Made by a program: the position numbers and the translations under genes. Under the pieces are notes generated by a model. It did no database searches and was not told the origin of the DNA. It saw only the letters and a program-made list of their open reading frames with translations. 64,000 nt of DNA from an uncultured delta proteobacterium (GTDB lineage Bacteria; Myxococcota; Myxococcia; Myxococcales; Myxococcaceae), in contig CAVQKE010000003.1 in NCBI GenBank assembly GCA_963713045.1, forward strand, positions 384,001 through 448,000, in the 5' to 3' direction. Positions 29,971 through 41,460 of this stretch are shown one piece after another. Position 1 is the stretch's first letter, and the number at the start of each line of letters is the position of its first letter.

Positions 29971-30512
29971 TCAGCCCCCAGCAGGAGCGAAGGTGACGTC
30001 AACGGTGGCGCTTCCCGCGTCGACGCCGGGAACCGGGAGCCCTGCGGGCGCCAGAGTCACGCTGAGGAAGCCGGTCGGGTAGTCCCAGTTCGTCAGCGTT
30101 GGGTCTCCACGCGCCGGGCCGGGCGAGGCGATGGTCAGCTCGAAAGCCGTGACCAAGTTCCATGTTTGCTGACTGACGGTGAGTGAACAGCCGAGGTTGC
30201 TGACCGTCGCTTGACCATAACTGCCTGGCTCGAGCACCGTACCCGGAAGCACCCCACCGCAGGCGAATGAGAGGTCCTCGTGGTTTCTACGAAGAAGCCC
30301 AACACCCAGCCTCCGTCCCGAGATTCGAACTCATCGCTGTATTGGACCAGCGCGTAGACGGGCGCCGTGCCAGCGACCGCGCCGCGGTAGGTGGCGGCAC
30401 CGGTGGACGTCCCCCCGGCTGGGTAAACGCCGTCGGGCGCCTCGGTGGAGGTGCCGCAACCCACGAGGAATGCCAGCACTGCACCACAGAGAATGCGAGC
30501 CGCCCCATGCAT
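29971..30512 (-). CDS. Putative lipoprotein split by one frameshift
   Basis: Lipobox LVGC after ATG 30512. The reading frame switches around 30255-30330 into EDLSFACGGVLPGTVLEPG..., ending at 29971. Confidence 0.55.
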
Positions 30513-30684
30513 CCAGTACCCCGGTTGCTTGTAGCACTCCTCCGTCGCCATCGGTCGTTCCCGCCGCAGCCCGCCTTGAGCGTTGCTGTCGGCGGCGCGC
30601 TCTCACCAGGAGCCACCTCCGCCCTAGCCGCTGCCACGCAGTGAGGCCGGTGACCTATGCTAAGCCCCCCTCTCGCGAGCATCT

Positions 30685-32018
30685 ATGGCCCCGGAATCAG
30701 CCCAACACCCCGAGCTTGAGTCTTTCTGGATGCCCTTCACCGACAATCGCGCTTTCAAGGCCAATCCGCGGCTCCTCGCCTCGGCCAAGGGCATGCACTA
30801 CACACGCCGGACGGTCGCGCCGTCCTCGACGGCACGGCCGGGCTCTGGTGCGTCAACGCGGGCCATTCGCGCCCGAAGATCGTCGAAGCCATCCAGAAGC
30901 AGGCGGCCACGCTCGACTTCGCGCCGGCCTTCCAGATCGGCCATCCGCTCGTCTTCGAGTTCGCGCAAAAGGTGTCGGAGATATTTCCGGCGGGCATGGA
31001 CCGCGTGTTCTTCGCCAACTCCGGCTCCGAAGCGGTCGATTCGGCGCTCAAGATCGCGCTCGCCTATCACCGCGCCATCGGGCAAGGCAGCGCGCACGCG
31101 GCTCATCGGCCGCGAACGCGGCTATCACGGCGTCGGCTTCGGCGGCATCTCCGTCGGCGGCCTCGTCAGCAACCGGCGGACGTTCACGCTGCTGCCGGGC
31201 GTCGATCATCTGCCGCACACCCTCGACCTGACCCAGCAATCGGCCTTCACGCGCGGGCCAACCCGAGCAGGGCGCACATCTGGCCGACGCGCTCGAGGGC
31301 ATCGTGGCGCTGCATGGCGCGGAGACGATCGCCGCCGTGATCGTGGAGCCGGTGGCCGGATCGACGGGCGTGCTGGTGCCGCCGAAGGGCTATCTCGAAC
31401 GACTGCGCGCGATCACCAAGCGCCACGGCATCCTTCTCATCTTCGATGAAGTCATCACCGGCTTCGGCCGTCTGGGCGCGCCGACCGCGGCGCGAATATT
31501 TCGGCGTGACGCCGGACATCATCACATGGCCAAGGGCATCACCAACGCCGCCGTGCCGATGGGCGCCGTGTTCTGCGCGCGCACATCTACGACGCGATCC
31601 TGGCAGAGCGCTCCGCGAGCCGGGCATCGAGCTCTTCCACGGCTATACCTATTCCGGCCATCCGCTGGCGTCGGCGGCGGGCCTCGCCACGCTGGAGGTC
31701 TATCGCGACGAAGGCTTGTTTCGGCGCGCGGCCGCGACTTGCGCCCTTTTGGGCGGACGCGGTCGCATGCGCTGCGGGCGGTCCGCAATGGTGATGGACA
31801 TCCGCAATCTGGGGCTGATGGCCGGCATCGAACTTGAGCCGCGCGCGGGCGCCCCCGGCGCGCGCGCCATGGAGACGTTCCATCGCTGCTTCGACGAAGG
31901 CGTGCTGATCCGCGTCACGGGCGACACGATCGCATTGTCGCCGCCGCTGATCGTGGAGAAAGCGCAGATTGAAGAGTTGGTCGGGATGCTCCGAGGGGTT
32001 CTGCAGCGGGTCGAGTAG
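30685..32018 (+). pseudogene. Omega-amino acid/beta-alanine:pyruvate aminotransferase (class III PLP), multiply frameshifted (possibly an artefact)
   Basis: [50 protein letters not shown] and HGYTYSGHP are spread over alternating frames. Confidence 0.85.
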
Positions 32019-32041
32019 AGCCCGACGGGAAACCCGCCCCG

Positions 32042-32938
32042 TCAGCGGCCGCCGCTCCTGAGGTAGGTCAAGTCGTAAAGCACATCCCACCTCCGACCAC
32101 CGTCCTTGGACGTCTCCTCCAGCTGGCGGACGTGCCCACCGGGCTGTTTGGAGAAGGTGATGCGCCACTTCAGCTGTGCACCCCGACGGGTCGCAGCATC
32201 GGCGCGCAGCTGCAAGTCCCCGGTTCCTTCGTCAAAGCCACCGGTCAGGTACAGCGGGACGCCCTCCTGGTCGGTCCGCAGTTGCTCCCAGCGTCCTTGC
32301 CCAGGGTTCCAGGCGCTGAGGCTCGCCCCTTCCCGGCCGTTCTCTGCCCGCCAATTTTCTTGAAGAGCGCAGCCGTCGAGAATGCGCTCCACTTGGCTGG
32401 TCGCGACGGGGCTGCCGGCGCTGTCGACGACTTTCCACACGCCCAGCCAGAAGTCGAATCCCCGGTAGGGAGAGGCGGTTCCCCCTTGTTTGCATGGCGC
32501 CCGGTTGGCTTCCAACTCGGCGGAGACCTTCTGAAAACGCGGGTCTGAGACCAGCCGAGCGAAGGCCTTTTCTTGGGCCGGCGGTGGCCCCGGCGGGTAG
32601 AAGTCTTCCTCGTTGAGCGACTCGAGAATCGAGAGTGCGCGCCCGGAGTCCCCCTGAAGTGCGCTGGCCTGGGCGAGCTGATACTCAGCCAGCTCCCGGT
32701 TGACGCCCAGCTTCTCCGCCTTCTCCAGAGGAGGAATGGCATCGGCGCCCCTTCCGAGTTGCACCAACGAGATGCCCAGGCGCAGCCAGGCGAGGCCGTT
32801 GTCCGGCGTCTCTTGGGTGACTTTCTGGTAGTCCTCGGCCGCCTTGGCCCAGGCGTGCTTCTGGAACGCGGCATCCGCCGCCTTGGTGTCGCCAGCCGTC
32901 GTCCCGGCGGCGAGAAGGAGGAGGACGAGAGAGTGCAT
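32042..32938 (-). CDS. Secreted TPR protein with a C-terminal beta-rich domain
   Basis: Signal peptide; TPR helices (AWLRLGISL, YQLAQA); FDFWLG..W, GCALQENW, SKDGGRRW. Confidence 0.75.
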   Translation of the reverse strand: MHSLVLLLLAAGTTAGDTKAADAAFQKHAWAKAAEDYQKVTQETPDNGLAWLRLGISLVQLGRGADAIPPLEKAEKLGVNRELAEYQLAQASALQGDSGRALSILESLNEEDFYPPGPPPAQEKAFARLVSDPRFQKVSAELEANRAPCKQGGTASPYRGFDFWLGVWKVVDSAGSPVATSQVERILDGCALQENWRAENGREGASLSAWNPGQGRWEQLRTDQEGVPLYLTGGFDEGTGDLQLRADAATRRGAQLKWRITFSKQPGGHVRQLEETSKDGGRRWDVLYDLTYLRSGGR

Positions 32939-33005
32939 GGTGGGACAGGTTGTGCGGACCCGCGTCCCGGTGGGGGACTGGAGCAACGCCTCCAGCGTCG
33001 CTCGA

Positions 33006-34961
<1,956 letters not shown>

Positions 34962-34979
34962 GGCGAATACCCTCGCTGG

Positions 34980-35498
34980 TTACGAGCACTGCGTGGGAAG
35001 AGGAGGACAGGCTGGCGGGATGCAAAGGGCCGCCTGGTAGTTGAACCAGAACTGGCAGTTACACGCCACCGGAGTGGAGCCCAAGTAGCTGATTCGCATC
35101 ACCCCGTTGAAAGCACTCGCACTCACCGTCTCGCCGTCGAGGTGGTACTGGACGAAGCTGACCTGGCACAGCGTGCCATTCGCCTCCAGCAGCGGATTGG
35201 ATGCCGTGCCGTCGGCAAAAAAGACCTCCTTTGCGTACTGGTACTGCCCGACGAGCTCCACCGCGAGGCAGGTGGAATTGGACTGCTGTACCAGTGCAAA
35301 GCGAAGGTCGTCGCCGTCGTTTTGGTAGGACGCCTGCAAGACGGGCCCTCCGTCGGCGGCCAACCCACAGTCGTCGCGAATGACGTCCTGCGGCGAAATG
35401 GCAAAGACGTACGGACCCTGCTCCAGCTCGTGATTGCGCCCGCAACCCAGCCCCGCCAACAGAAGCATTGCCAGCAGGGTGCGCAGGTGTTGTCGCAA
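34980..35498 (-). CDS. Cys-rich lipoprotein (hypothetical)
   Basis: Lipobox GLGC followed by many Cys. Start approximate (TTG 35498). Confidence 0.65.
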   Translation of the reverse strand: MRQHLRTLLAMLLLAGLGCGRNHELEQGPYVFAISPQDVIRDDCGLAADGGPVLQASYQNDGDDLRFALVQQSNSTCLAVELVGQYQYAKEVFFADGTASNPLLEANGTLCQVSFVQYHLDGETVSASAFNGVMRISYLGSTPVACNCQFWFNYQAALCIPPACPPLPTQCS

Positions 35499-35676
35499 GG
35501 GATTGAAACAATAGGGAGAAGTCCCTGGGCGCGGCAATGGCCGGCAGCCCCGTTTGGCACTCACGCAGCGCGGCGAAGCCGCGTTACGCACAAGGCACCC
35601 CGGGCGCGGGCCTGGGCTTGGCCGCGCCCTTCCCGGGCGTAGGGAACGCCCCCTAGGCTTCTATGGCGAACGCCGC

Positions 35677-36714
35677 ATGCCAACCCTGCTTGCCCTCATC
35701 GCCCTCGGTGTCCTCGTTCTCATCCATGAGTTTGGTCATCTTTTGGCGGCGCGAGCAGTGGGGGCGCGCGCTGTCGTCTTCAGCATCGGCCTCGGACCGC
35801 CCCTCTACGCCTTTCGGGGCGCCGGACAGCGCTGGGTGCTGGGCGCCATTCCCTGGGGGGGGTGGCTCCGTCTGGAGGGCGAAAATCCCTACCAGCCCGC
35901 GTCGGCGCTTTCTGAAGTCACCTTTGCCGAATTGAGCCCGGCGCGCCGGGCGGTGGTGTTCCTCGCCGGCCCGGCGGCAAGCCTGCTTTTCGGCGTGCTC
36001 CTGCTGACCGCACTGCATGCGCATGGCACCTACGTCCCGGTACCAATGACGGTGGGCGCGGTGGAGCCAGGCTCCGAGGCAGCCCATGTGGCGCTGCGTC
36101 CAGGCGACGTCCTCGAGTCGGTGGATGGCGTTGCGGTTCAGCGTTGGGGCGCCCTCACCCGGGCCCTGGCGGCCCACGCCGGAGTGTCGGTGACGCTGGG
36201 CGTGCGCCGCGGCACGGCCCGCCTCTCGCTGGCCGTGACGCCCAGCGTGGACAGCGCCGGCCGCGCCCACATCGGCGTCAGCCAGCAGTACGCCTTCGCC
36301 CGGGAAACGTTGCCGCGCGCCTTTCTCGCTGCCCTCCGCCACAGCCAGCAGCTGCTTCGCCAGACGGCTGGCTGGGCGCTGCAGCTCTTCCGCGGGCCAG
36401 AGGCCACCGGGCAGCCTGGGGCCGGGGCGCAGCTGCTGCGACGGCTGGCCGCCATCGAAAACTTGGACGCACTCATTCGCGCGCTGGCAGCGGCCAGCCT
36501 TGCCCTGGGGCTCATCTACCTGGCGCCCTTGCCCGCGCTGGATGGCGGCCGGCTGCTGCTCACGGCCTGGGAGAGCTTCACTGGCCGTCCCCTCAACGCG
36601 CGCGTCCAGACGGCCCTGCAGCTTTTCAGCCTGCTGCTGGCTGTGGTTGCTGTGGGCTGGGTGGCGGTGGCCGAGCTGCGCCAGGCGCTGTCGGCAGCGA
36701 GCGGCCTCGGCTAG
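35677..36714 (+). CDS. M50 site-2 protease with PDZ (RseP paralog)
   Basis: HEFGH, FSIGLGP, AIPWGG, AGP, PDZ region, PLPALDGG. Confidence 0.88.
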   Translation: MPTLLALIALGVLVLIHEFGHLLAARAVGARAVVFSIGLGPPLYAFRGAGQRWVLGAIPWGGWLRLEGENPYQPASALSEVTFAELSPARRAVVFLAGPAASLLFGVLLLTALHAHGTYVPVPMTVGAVEPGSEAAHVALRPGDVLESVDGVAVQRWGALTRALAAHAGVSVTLGVRRGTARLSLAVTPSVDSAGRAHIGVSQQYAFARETLPRAFLAALRHSQQLLRQTAGWALQLFRGPEATGQPGAGAQLLRRLAAIENLDALIRALAAASLALGLIYLAPLPALDGGRLLLTAWESFTGRPLNARVQTALQLFSLLLAVVAVGWVAVAELRQALSAASGLG

Positions 36715-37382
36715 GGCCCGAGTCCCACCCAGCTCTCCCCGTTCAGGTACGTCTCCCGCTTCCAAATGGGCGCGTCCAGCTTCAGCCGCTCAATAGCAAA
36801 GCGGCACGCCTCGAAGGCCTCCGCCCGGTGGGGTGCCGCGGCGGCGATGCAGACGGCGACGTCCCCTGGCAAAAGGACCCCCACCCGGTGGACAATGGCC
36901 AAACGGACGCCGGGCCAGCGCTCTTCCGCCTGGCGCCCGACGTCGGCCAGCACGCGCTCCGCCATGGCGACGTAGGCCTCGTAGGTCAGCCTCACCACCT
37001 GCTGCCCGCGGCTCTCCTCGCGAACCAAGCCGGTGAAGGTCACCACGCCGCCACGCGCCTCATGCCGCACCGCGGCCACCACTTCCTCCAGGGTGGGCGG
37101 GCGGTCCACCACGCGGAAGAGCCCGGCCCCACCGGCGACGGGGGGGATGAGGGCCACCTCTGCGCCCTCGGGGACCAACTCCTCCAGCTGGACGAAGGCT
37201 TGGTTGACCGCCACCCGAAGGTGGGGAAAGAGGGGTCGAAGCTGCGGGTGGCGTTGCCCCAACACCTCAAGCAGCGCCCGCACCGTCCCAGGGGGCGGCA
37301 CCTCCGGCAGCTGTTCCTGCGCGACCCCCGCCCGTTCGCGGGCGGCAGCGAAGTAGAGGACGGACAGGGGCACGGGAGGCAC
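36711..37382 (-). CDS. Fused molybdopterin synthase MoaD-MoaE
   Basis: YFAAARE...IPPVAGG (MoaD with internal GG), then YEAY, HRVG, PIWKRE (MoaE). Confidence 0.93.
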   Translation of the reverse strand: MPPVPLSVLYFAAARERAGVAQEQLPEVPPPGTVRALLEVLGQRHPQLRPLFPHLRVAVNQAFVQLEELVPEGAEVALIPPVAGGAGLFRVVDRPPTLEEVVAAVRHEARGGVVTFTGLVREESRGQQVVRLTYEAYVAMAERVLADVGRQAEERWPGVRLAIVHRVGVLLPGDVAVCIAAAAPHRAEAFEACRFAIERLKLDAPIWKRETYLNGESWVGLGP

Positions 37383-38083
37383 TAAAACTCGAAGGCGATG
37401 CCAAAAGTAAAGTACGCCGCGCCCAGGTTGATGCCTGCCGCGCCGAAGTTGTTGGCAAAGTCGTCGTTGAATTCGCCGAAAAGGTAGAAGTGGAAGATGC
37501 CCGAGTCTTCCCTCGCCTCACGGGCGTAGGTGGGGTTGAGGAAGTCCAACTCGAGGGCCAGGCCCAGCGTGAAGCCCCAGCCCCATCGGACGCCGGAGCC
37601 CTTTTCGCCGTTGACGATTTCGACCGAACCGCCCTTGTTGGTCCACCACGGGTAGCAAACACCGCCCAGCATGGCGTAGGGGACGAGGGGGATATGGTAC
37701 AGGTGCGCGAGGACGTCATAGCGGTAGACGGCCATCAGGCGAATGGGGAGAACAATCAGCCCGGTCGACTCCCCCGAGGGCGTCCCGTCCGCCAGCAGGG
37801 CCTTCGCGTACTTCTCCCCGTAGCCCACCGAGAAGGCGATGCCCAGGTAGCCGTACTTGTGCCAGAAGGAACGGTCGACTTCGACTTCGCCCAACAGCAT
37901 GTCCGAGTTGCCGAAGGTCTGGACATAGGGGTTTCCCATCACCCCCGGCGATTCATTGACCCGCGGCTGGTAGAAGCCCAGCTTCAACTCCAAGATGGTG
38001 GTGTTGGGCAGCGGCGGAGGCTCGCCGTCGGCGAACGCGTGACCAGCAAACAAGACGACCGAGAAGACGAGGGCTTTCCTCAC
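37382..38083 (-). CDS. Outer-membrane beta-barrel protein (MXAN_2562-like)
   Basis: Signal peptide ending AFA, amphipathic strands, C-terminal FEF; directly downstream of a MYXO-CTERM protein. Confidence 0.75.
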   Translation of the reverse strand: MRKALVFSVVLFAGHAFADGEPPPLPNTTILELKLGFYQPRVNESPGVMGNPYVQTFGNSDMLLGEVEVDRSFWHKYGYLGIAFSVGYGEKYAKALLADGTPSGESTGLIVLPIRLMAVYRYDVLAHLYHIPLVPYAMLGGVCYPWWTNKGGSVEIVNGEKGSGVRWGWGFTLGLALELDFLNPTYAREAREDSGIFHFYLFGEFNDDFANNFGAAGINLGAAYFTFGIAFEF

Positions 38084-39030
38084 CCCCGCCTCCGCGCCAC
38101 CCCGAACACCAGCAAGGCCGTGGTGAAGGCCAGGGCGGAGGGCGCGCCGCCCGCCGCACTGCCACAACCACCCGGCTGGCCGCCGTCGTTGAGGTAGTTC
38201 GCGTAGAAGCCGTAAGTCAACACCGGCGTGCCCGGCGTGGGCGCCGAAGGGGGACTCATGTTGCTGGCCTCATCCACACTGACGCCCACCACGTAGTAGT
38301 TGGTGCCGTCGACCAGGTTGCTGATGGTGCACTTGCTGTTGGTGGTCGAGATTTGGCCACAGCCGCTGTTGAAGTAGGTGCCTGCATCTCCGTCCGGGAA
38401 TGCCAGGGCATACTGCGCCGTAAAGTAGAGCAGCGTGTCGCTGGGGTCGCCCGGGGCAAGGTTAAGGCCGAGCTTCGTGTCCAGTGGCGTGACGCTGACA
38501 ATGGGAGCGATGGGCGGGATGTTGTCGTAGCGCATGTTGACCGGCTGCGCCGTCGGTGACGACCCGTTGCACATTCCACCCACCGCCGCGATGGTCACCC
38601 CCGCGCATAAATAGTTGGTGAAGTCATTCACCGAGCCGCAGGTGAACCCGCCTCCGTCGGGGAGGCTGACGAAGCCCGGCAGAGAATTGAAGGGGAAGGT
38701 GAACGTGCCGCTGGACGTCCCGGCCGTCAGGTCCCCCGCCTGGACGGTTTGCACGGTGACGTCAGGAGGGACGTTGGTGGTATTGGGAGCCGTCCCACAG
38801 CTGGTGGTGGTGAGCCAAATGTAGAGCGGGGTACAGGCGCCGGTGAGGCCGGTGCCGGCCCAAGCGACGCCGACCTGGTTGGCACATGCGCTGCCGTTGA
38901 GAGCCAGCGTGCTGGTGACGGTGCCCCCGCTGCCGCTGACCGAGTTGGTCGCGCCGTTGACGGTGAGCGCGATGGTTTGTGCGGAAGCGAGGGCCGGCAA
39001 CAGCAGCAGCGCAGCGAGGAATGGGCGCAT
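38080..39030 (-). CDS. MYXO-CTERM-anchored surface protein with FnIII-like domain (MXAN_2561-like)
   Basis: Signal ending ASA; Cys/Thr-rich; LVDGTNYYV.G.SVDEASN; C-terminal GGC + TM + RRR. Confidence 0.8.
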   Translation of the reverse strand: MRPFLAALLLLPALASAQTIALTVNGATNSVSGSGGTVTSTLALNGSACANQVGVAWAGTGLTGACTPLYIWLTTTSCGTAPNTTNVPPDVTVQTVQAGDLTAGTSSGTFTFPFNSLPGFVSLPDGGGFTCGSVNDFTNYLCAGVTIAAVGGMCNGSSPTAQPVNMRYDNIPPIAPIVSVTPLDTKLGLNLAPGDPSDTLLYFTAQYALAFPDGDAGTYFNSGCGQISTTNSKCTISNLVDGTNYYVVGVSVDEASNMSPPSAPTPGTPVLTYGFYANYLNDGGQPGGCGSAAGGAPSALAFTTALLVFGVARRRG

Positions 39031-39252
39031 AGGGACGGTCGCGGCAATAGCAAGGCCGAGGCCAGCTTGTCCCACCCCTCTGCCGGCCTAGAAGCCCCTG
39101 CAGATGCGCCACCGGGGCAGGGCTGGGCGAAGTTGAGTGTCAAATTGTCAAGCGGGCCACTCCTCCGAAGGCCCCACCGCCCCTCCCCGGCCGCCGCAAG
39201 ACGGGGGAATGGAGGCGGCAACTCCGCTGCCAGGCGCCCCCGCGTCCGCTTT

Positions 39253-40284
39253 CTAGTGCGCAAGGGCGCGCGCCATGAGTTGCGTGCCAGCCTCGAGCGC
39301 AGCACGCCCCACCAGCGCAGGCCCATCCACCGCCACCACCAGCTCAAGCGCGTCCGGCCGGCCGGCGGACGCCCGCACCCGTCCGACGAGGACGGAGGCA
39401 TCGGAGTTCACCAGCATCGGCATCGGGTAGATGCGCTCGACCGGGGCGTCCAGCAGCTTGAGGCCCTGCACCGCGCGAAGCACCTCCCGCACCTCTGCAG
39501 GCCCGGCTGGCTTCGCCAGTCGCACTTGCAGCGCCAACAAGGCGCCATGGAAGACGGGCACCAGCACCGCGGTGCCGTCCAGCGGCGGTGCCCCCGGCCC
39601 CCACAGCAGCGTCACCTCTGCGCGCCAGCTCAACTCTTCCAACGTCCCGCCACTCGCTTCGCTGAAGGGGCCCACCTGCGGCACCAAGTTGAAGGCCAGC
39701 CGATGGGGGAAGTGGGTCGGCTCGAGCTCACGGCCACTGAGCAGCTGGGCCGTCGTTTGTTCAAGTTCAGTGAGGCCTCGTGCTCCGGCGGAGGAGGCCC
39801 CCAGCAGCGCGGTGACGTGGGCCTCGACCACCCCGTAGGCTGCCCGCAGCGGCTCCAGGGTGCGCAATGCGCCCAGGGCCACGGCACCTGGCACCCTGAC
39901 CAGCCGGCCGGAGAAAGGCCGCAGGAGCCCGTCCCCCCGAAAGCCGGGGGCAGCCAAGGGCACCGAGAGTTCCGAGAGAAAGGCACGACTCGTGTCCACC
40001 ACCCAGGCCCCCGCCTTCTGTGCTTCTGGGGCCAGCGACCGGGCCACCTCCGCCGGCACGGCGAGCACCACCAGCGCCTGCCCCCGAAAGGACTCCTCGC
40101 TGGCAGCCTCCACCTCCAGGGAGGTGTGCCCGTAGGCAACCTCAACGCCCACCGAGCGCTCGCTGGCCAGGGCGGTGACGGCCGTCTCTGGGTGGTTCTC
40201 CTCGGCCAGCGCGGCCAGCACCTCTCTGCCCACCAGCCCGGTGGCTCCCACCACGGCAACAGACCACTTGCTCTCCATCGTCAT
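39253..40284 (-). CDS. Aspartate-semialdehyde dehydrogenase family protein (Usg-like, catalytic residues absent)
   Basis: VVGATGLVG, ASERS.G, LAFNLVP, VPVFHG, VGRVR; no PNC motif. Confidence 0.85.
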   Translation of the reverse strand: MTMESKWSVAVVGATGLVGREVLAALAEENHPETAVTALASERSVGVEVAYGHTSLEVEAASEESFRGQALVVLAVPAEVARSLAPEAQKAGAWVVDTSRAFLSELSVPLAAPGFRGDGLLRPFSGRLVRVPGAVALGALRTLEPLRAAYGVVEAHVTALLGASSAGARGLTELEQTTAQLLSGRELEPTHFPHRLAFNLVPQVGPFSEASGGTLEELSWRAEVTLLWGPGAPPLDGTAVLVPVFHGALLALQVRLAKPAGPAEVREVLRAVQGLKLLDAPVERIYPMPMLVNSDASVLVGRVRASAGRPDALELVVAVDGPALVGRAALEAGTQLMARALAH

Positions 40285-41012
40285 TCCTCTTCGCCCCGAA
40301 TGCGGGCGGCCGGCGCCGGCCCGGGCAAGGGTGGAAACTTCGGGTTGCGCTCGGCCTCCGAGGCGCGGAGGTAGTGTGGCTCGAGGGCAAACAGTGCCTC
40401 GGCGACGAATGTCTCCGGGACACGCGCCAGCCGCGCCACTGCCCAGGCCGACGGGAAGGCCGGGCCCGGCAGCAATTGGTCGGGAGCAGCACCTTCCCGC
40501 AGCAAGCTGTCTCGGACTTCGAGCGCCGCCGGCCCCAGGGCCCGCGCCTCGGGGTGGGCCCGGAGATACGCGCCGAGCTGGGCCGGCGTCCAGGCTTCCT
40601 CCGGCCCGCTTGGCAGGAGGCCGTCGCCCTCGCGTCGGTAGTGGCCGACGTAAAGCTCGCCCTTGCGCGCCACCATGGCAGCCACCAGCGGCGTTTGGGG
40701 CGGCCCCTGCAGCGCCAAAGCTCCAAGCGAGGACGTTCCACCCACCGGGCGCCGGTGGGCATAGGCCAGCGCCTTGACCGTCGCCAGGCCGATGCGCAGC
40801 CCGGTAAAGGAGCCTGGGCCCAAGCCGACGGCGTAGCCAGTCACGTCCGAGAGGGCCAGCCCGTGGCGTGAAAGCAGCTCGCTGAGGGCCCCGGGCAGCA
40901 TTTCGCTTTGCTTGCGCGGCGGCGGGTGCGACTCCTCGGCCAGAAGCATCGGTCCCGGGCCGACCAGCGCGAGGGAGAGTGTCAGAGTGGAGGTGTCCAG
41001 GGCGAGGAGCAT
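40281..41012 (-). CDS. tsaB: tRNA threonylcarbamoyladenosine biosynthesis protein TsaB
   Basis: LALDTST, GPGSFTGLRIG, ARKGELY, LEPHYLR..EAE; GGAGG upstream of ATG 41012. Confidence 0.92.
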   Translation of the reverse strand: MLLALDTSTLTLSLALVGPGPMLLAEESHPPPRKQSEMLPGALSELLSRHGLALSDVTGYAVGLGPGSFTGLRIGLATVKALAYAHRRPVGGTSSLGALALQGPPQTPLVAAMVARKGELYVGHYRREGDGLLPSGPEEAWTPAQLGAYLRAHPEARALGPAALEVRDSLLREGAAPDQLLPGPAFPSAWAVARLARVPETFVAEALFALEPHYLRASEAERNPKFPPLPGPAPAARIRGEEE

Positions 41013-41450
41013 TCCGTTGCCCCCCTCCCATGCGCCTAGCGGTGCCAGCGAGGCAAGCGTTTCCACCGTTTGAGGAGCAGCCGCGACAGGGCACAGGCTG
41101 AGCCGGACGCGGACCACGCCCCGGCCCACCATCTGCAATGCTCGTGCTGCCGCCTCGGAGACGTCCAAGACACGCCCCGCGGCGAAGGGGCCCCGGTCAT
41201 TGATGCGAACCTCCACGCTGCGCCCGCTCTCCACCACGGTGACGCGGACACAGGTCCCGAAAGCCAGCGTTCGGTGCGCAGCGGTGAAGGCCCCGGGCCG
41301 CAGCACTTCGCCGCTGGCGGTGCGACGCCCGTAGAGGCCGGGGCCGTAGTAGGAGGCGTCGCCTTCCTCCAGCACCCTGGCTTCCGGCTGGGCGTTGTGG
41401 GCACACCCGGCCAGCAGAAGAACAAGGACGGCGGCCGCCAGCCGTCGCAA
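41013..41450 (-). CDS. rlpA: RlpA-family (DPBB) lipoprotein, in frame with tsaB with no stop between them
   Basis: Lipobox LAGC; GDASYYG, TASGE, TAAHRTL, VRINDRGPF, LDVS. Confidence 0.85.
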
Positions 41451-41460
41451 GGGCCGCCGC

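Noticed and set aside
39253..41094. 613-aa ORF as an extended Asd
   Set aside because: The upstream part is an alternative frame overlapping tsaB. The real start is at 40284 or 40278.
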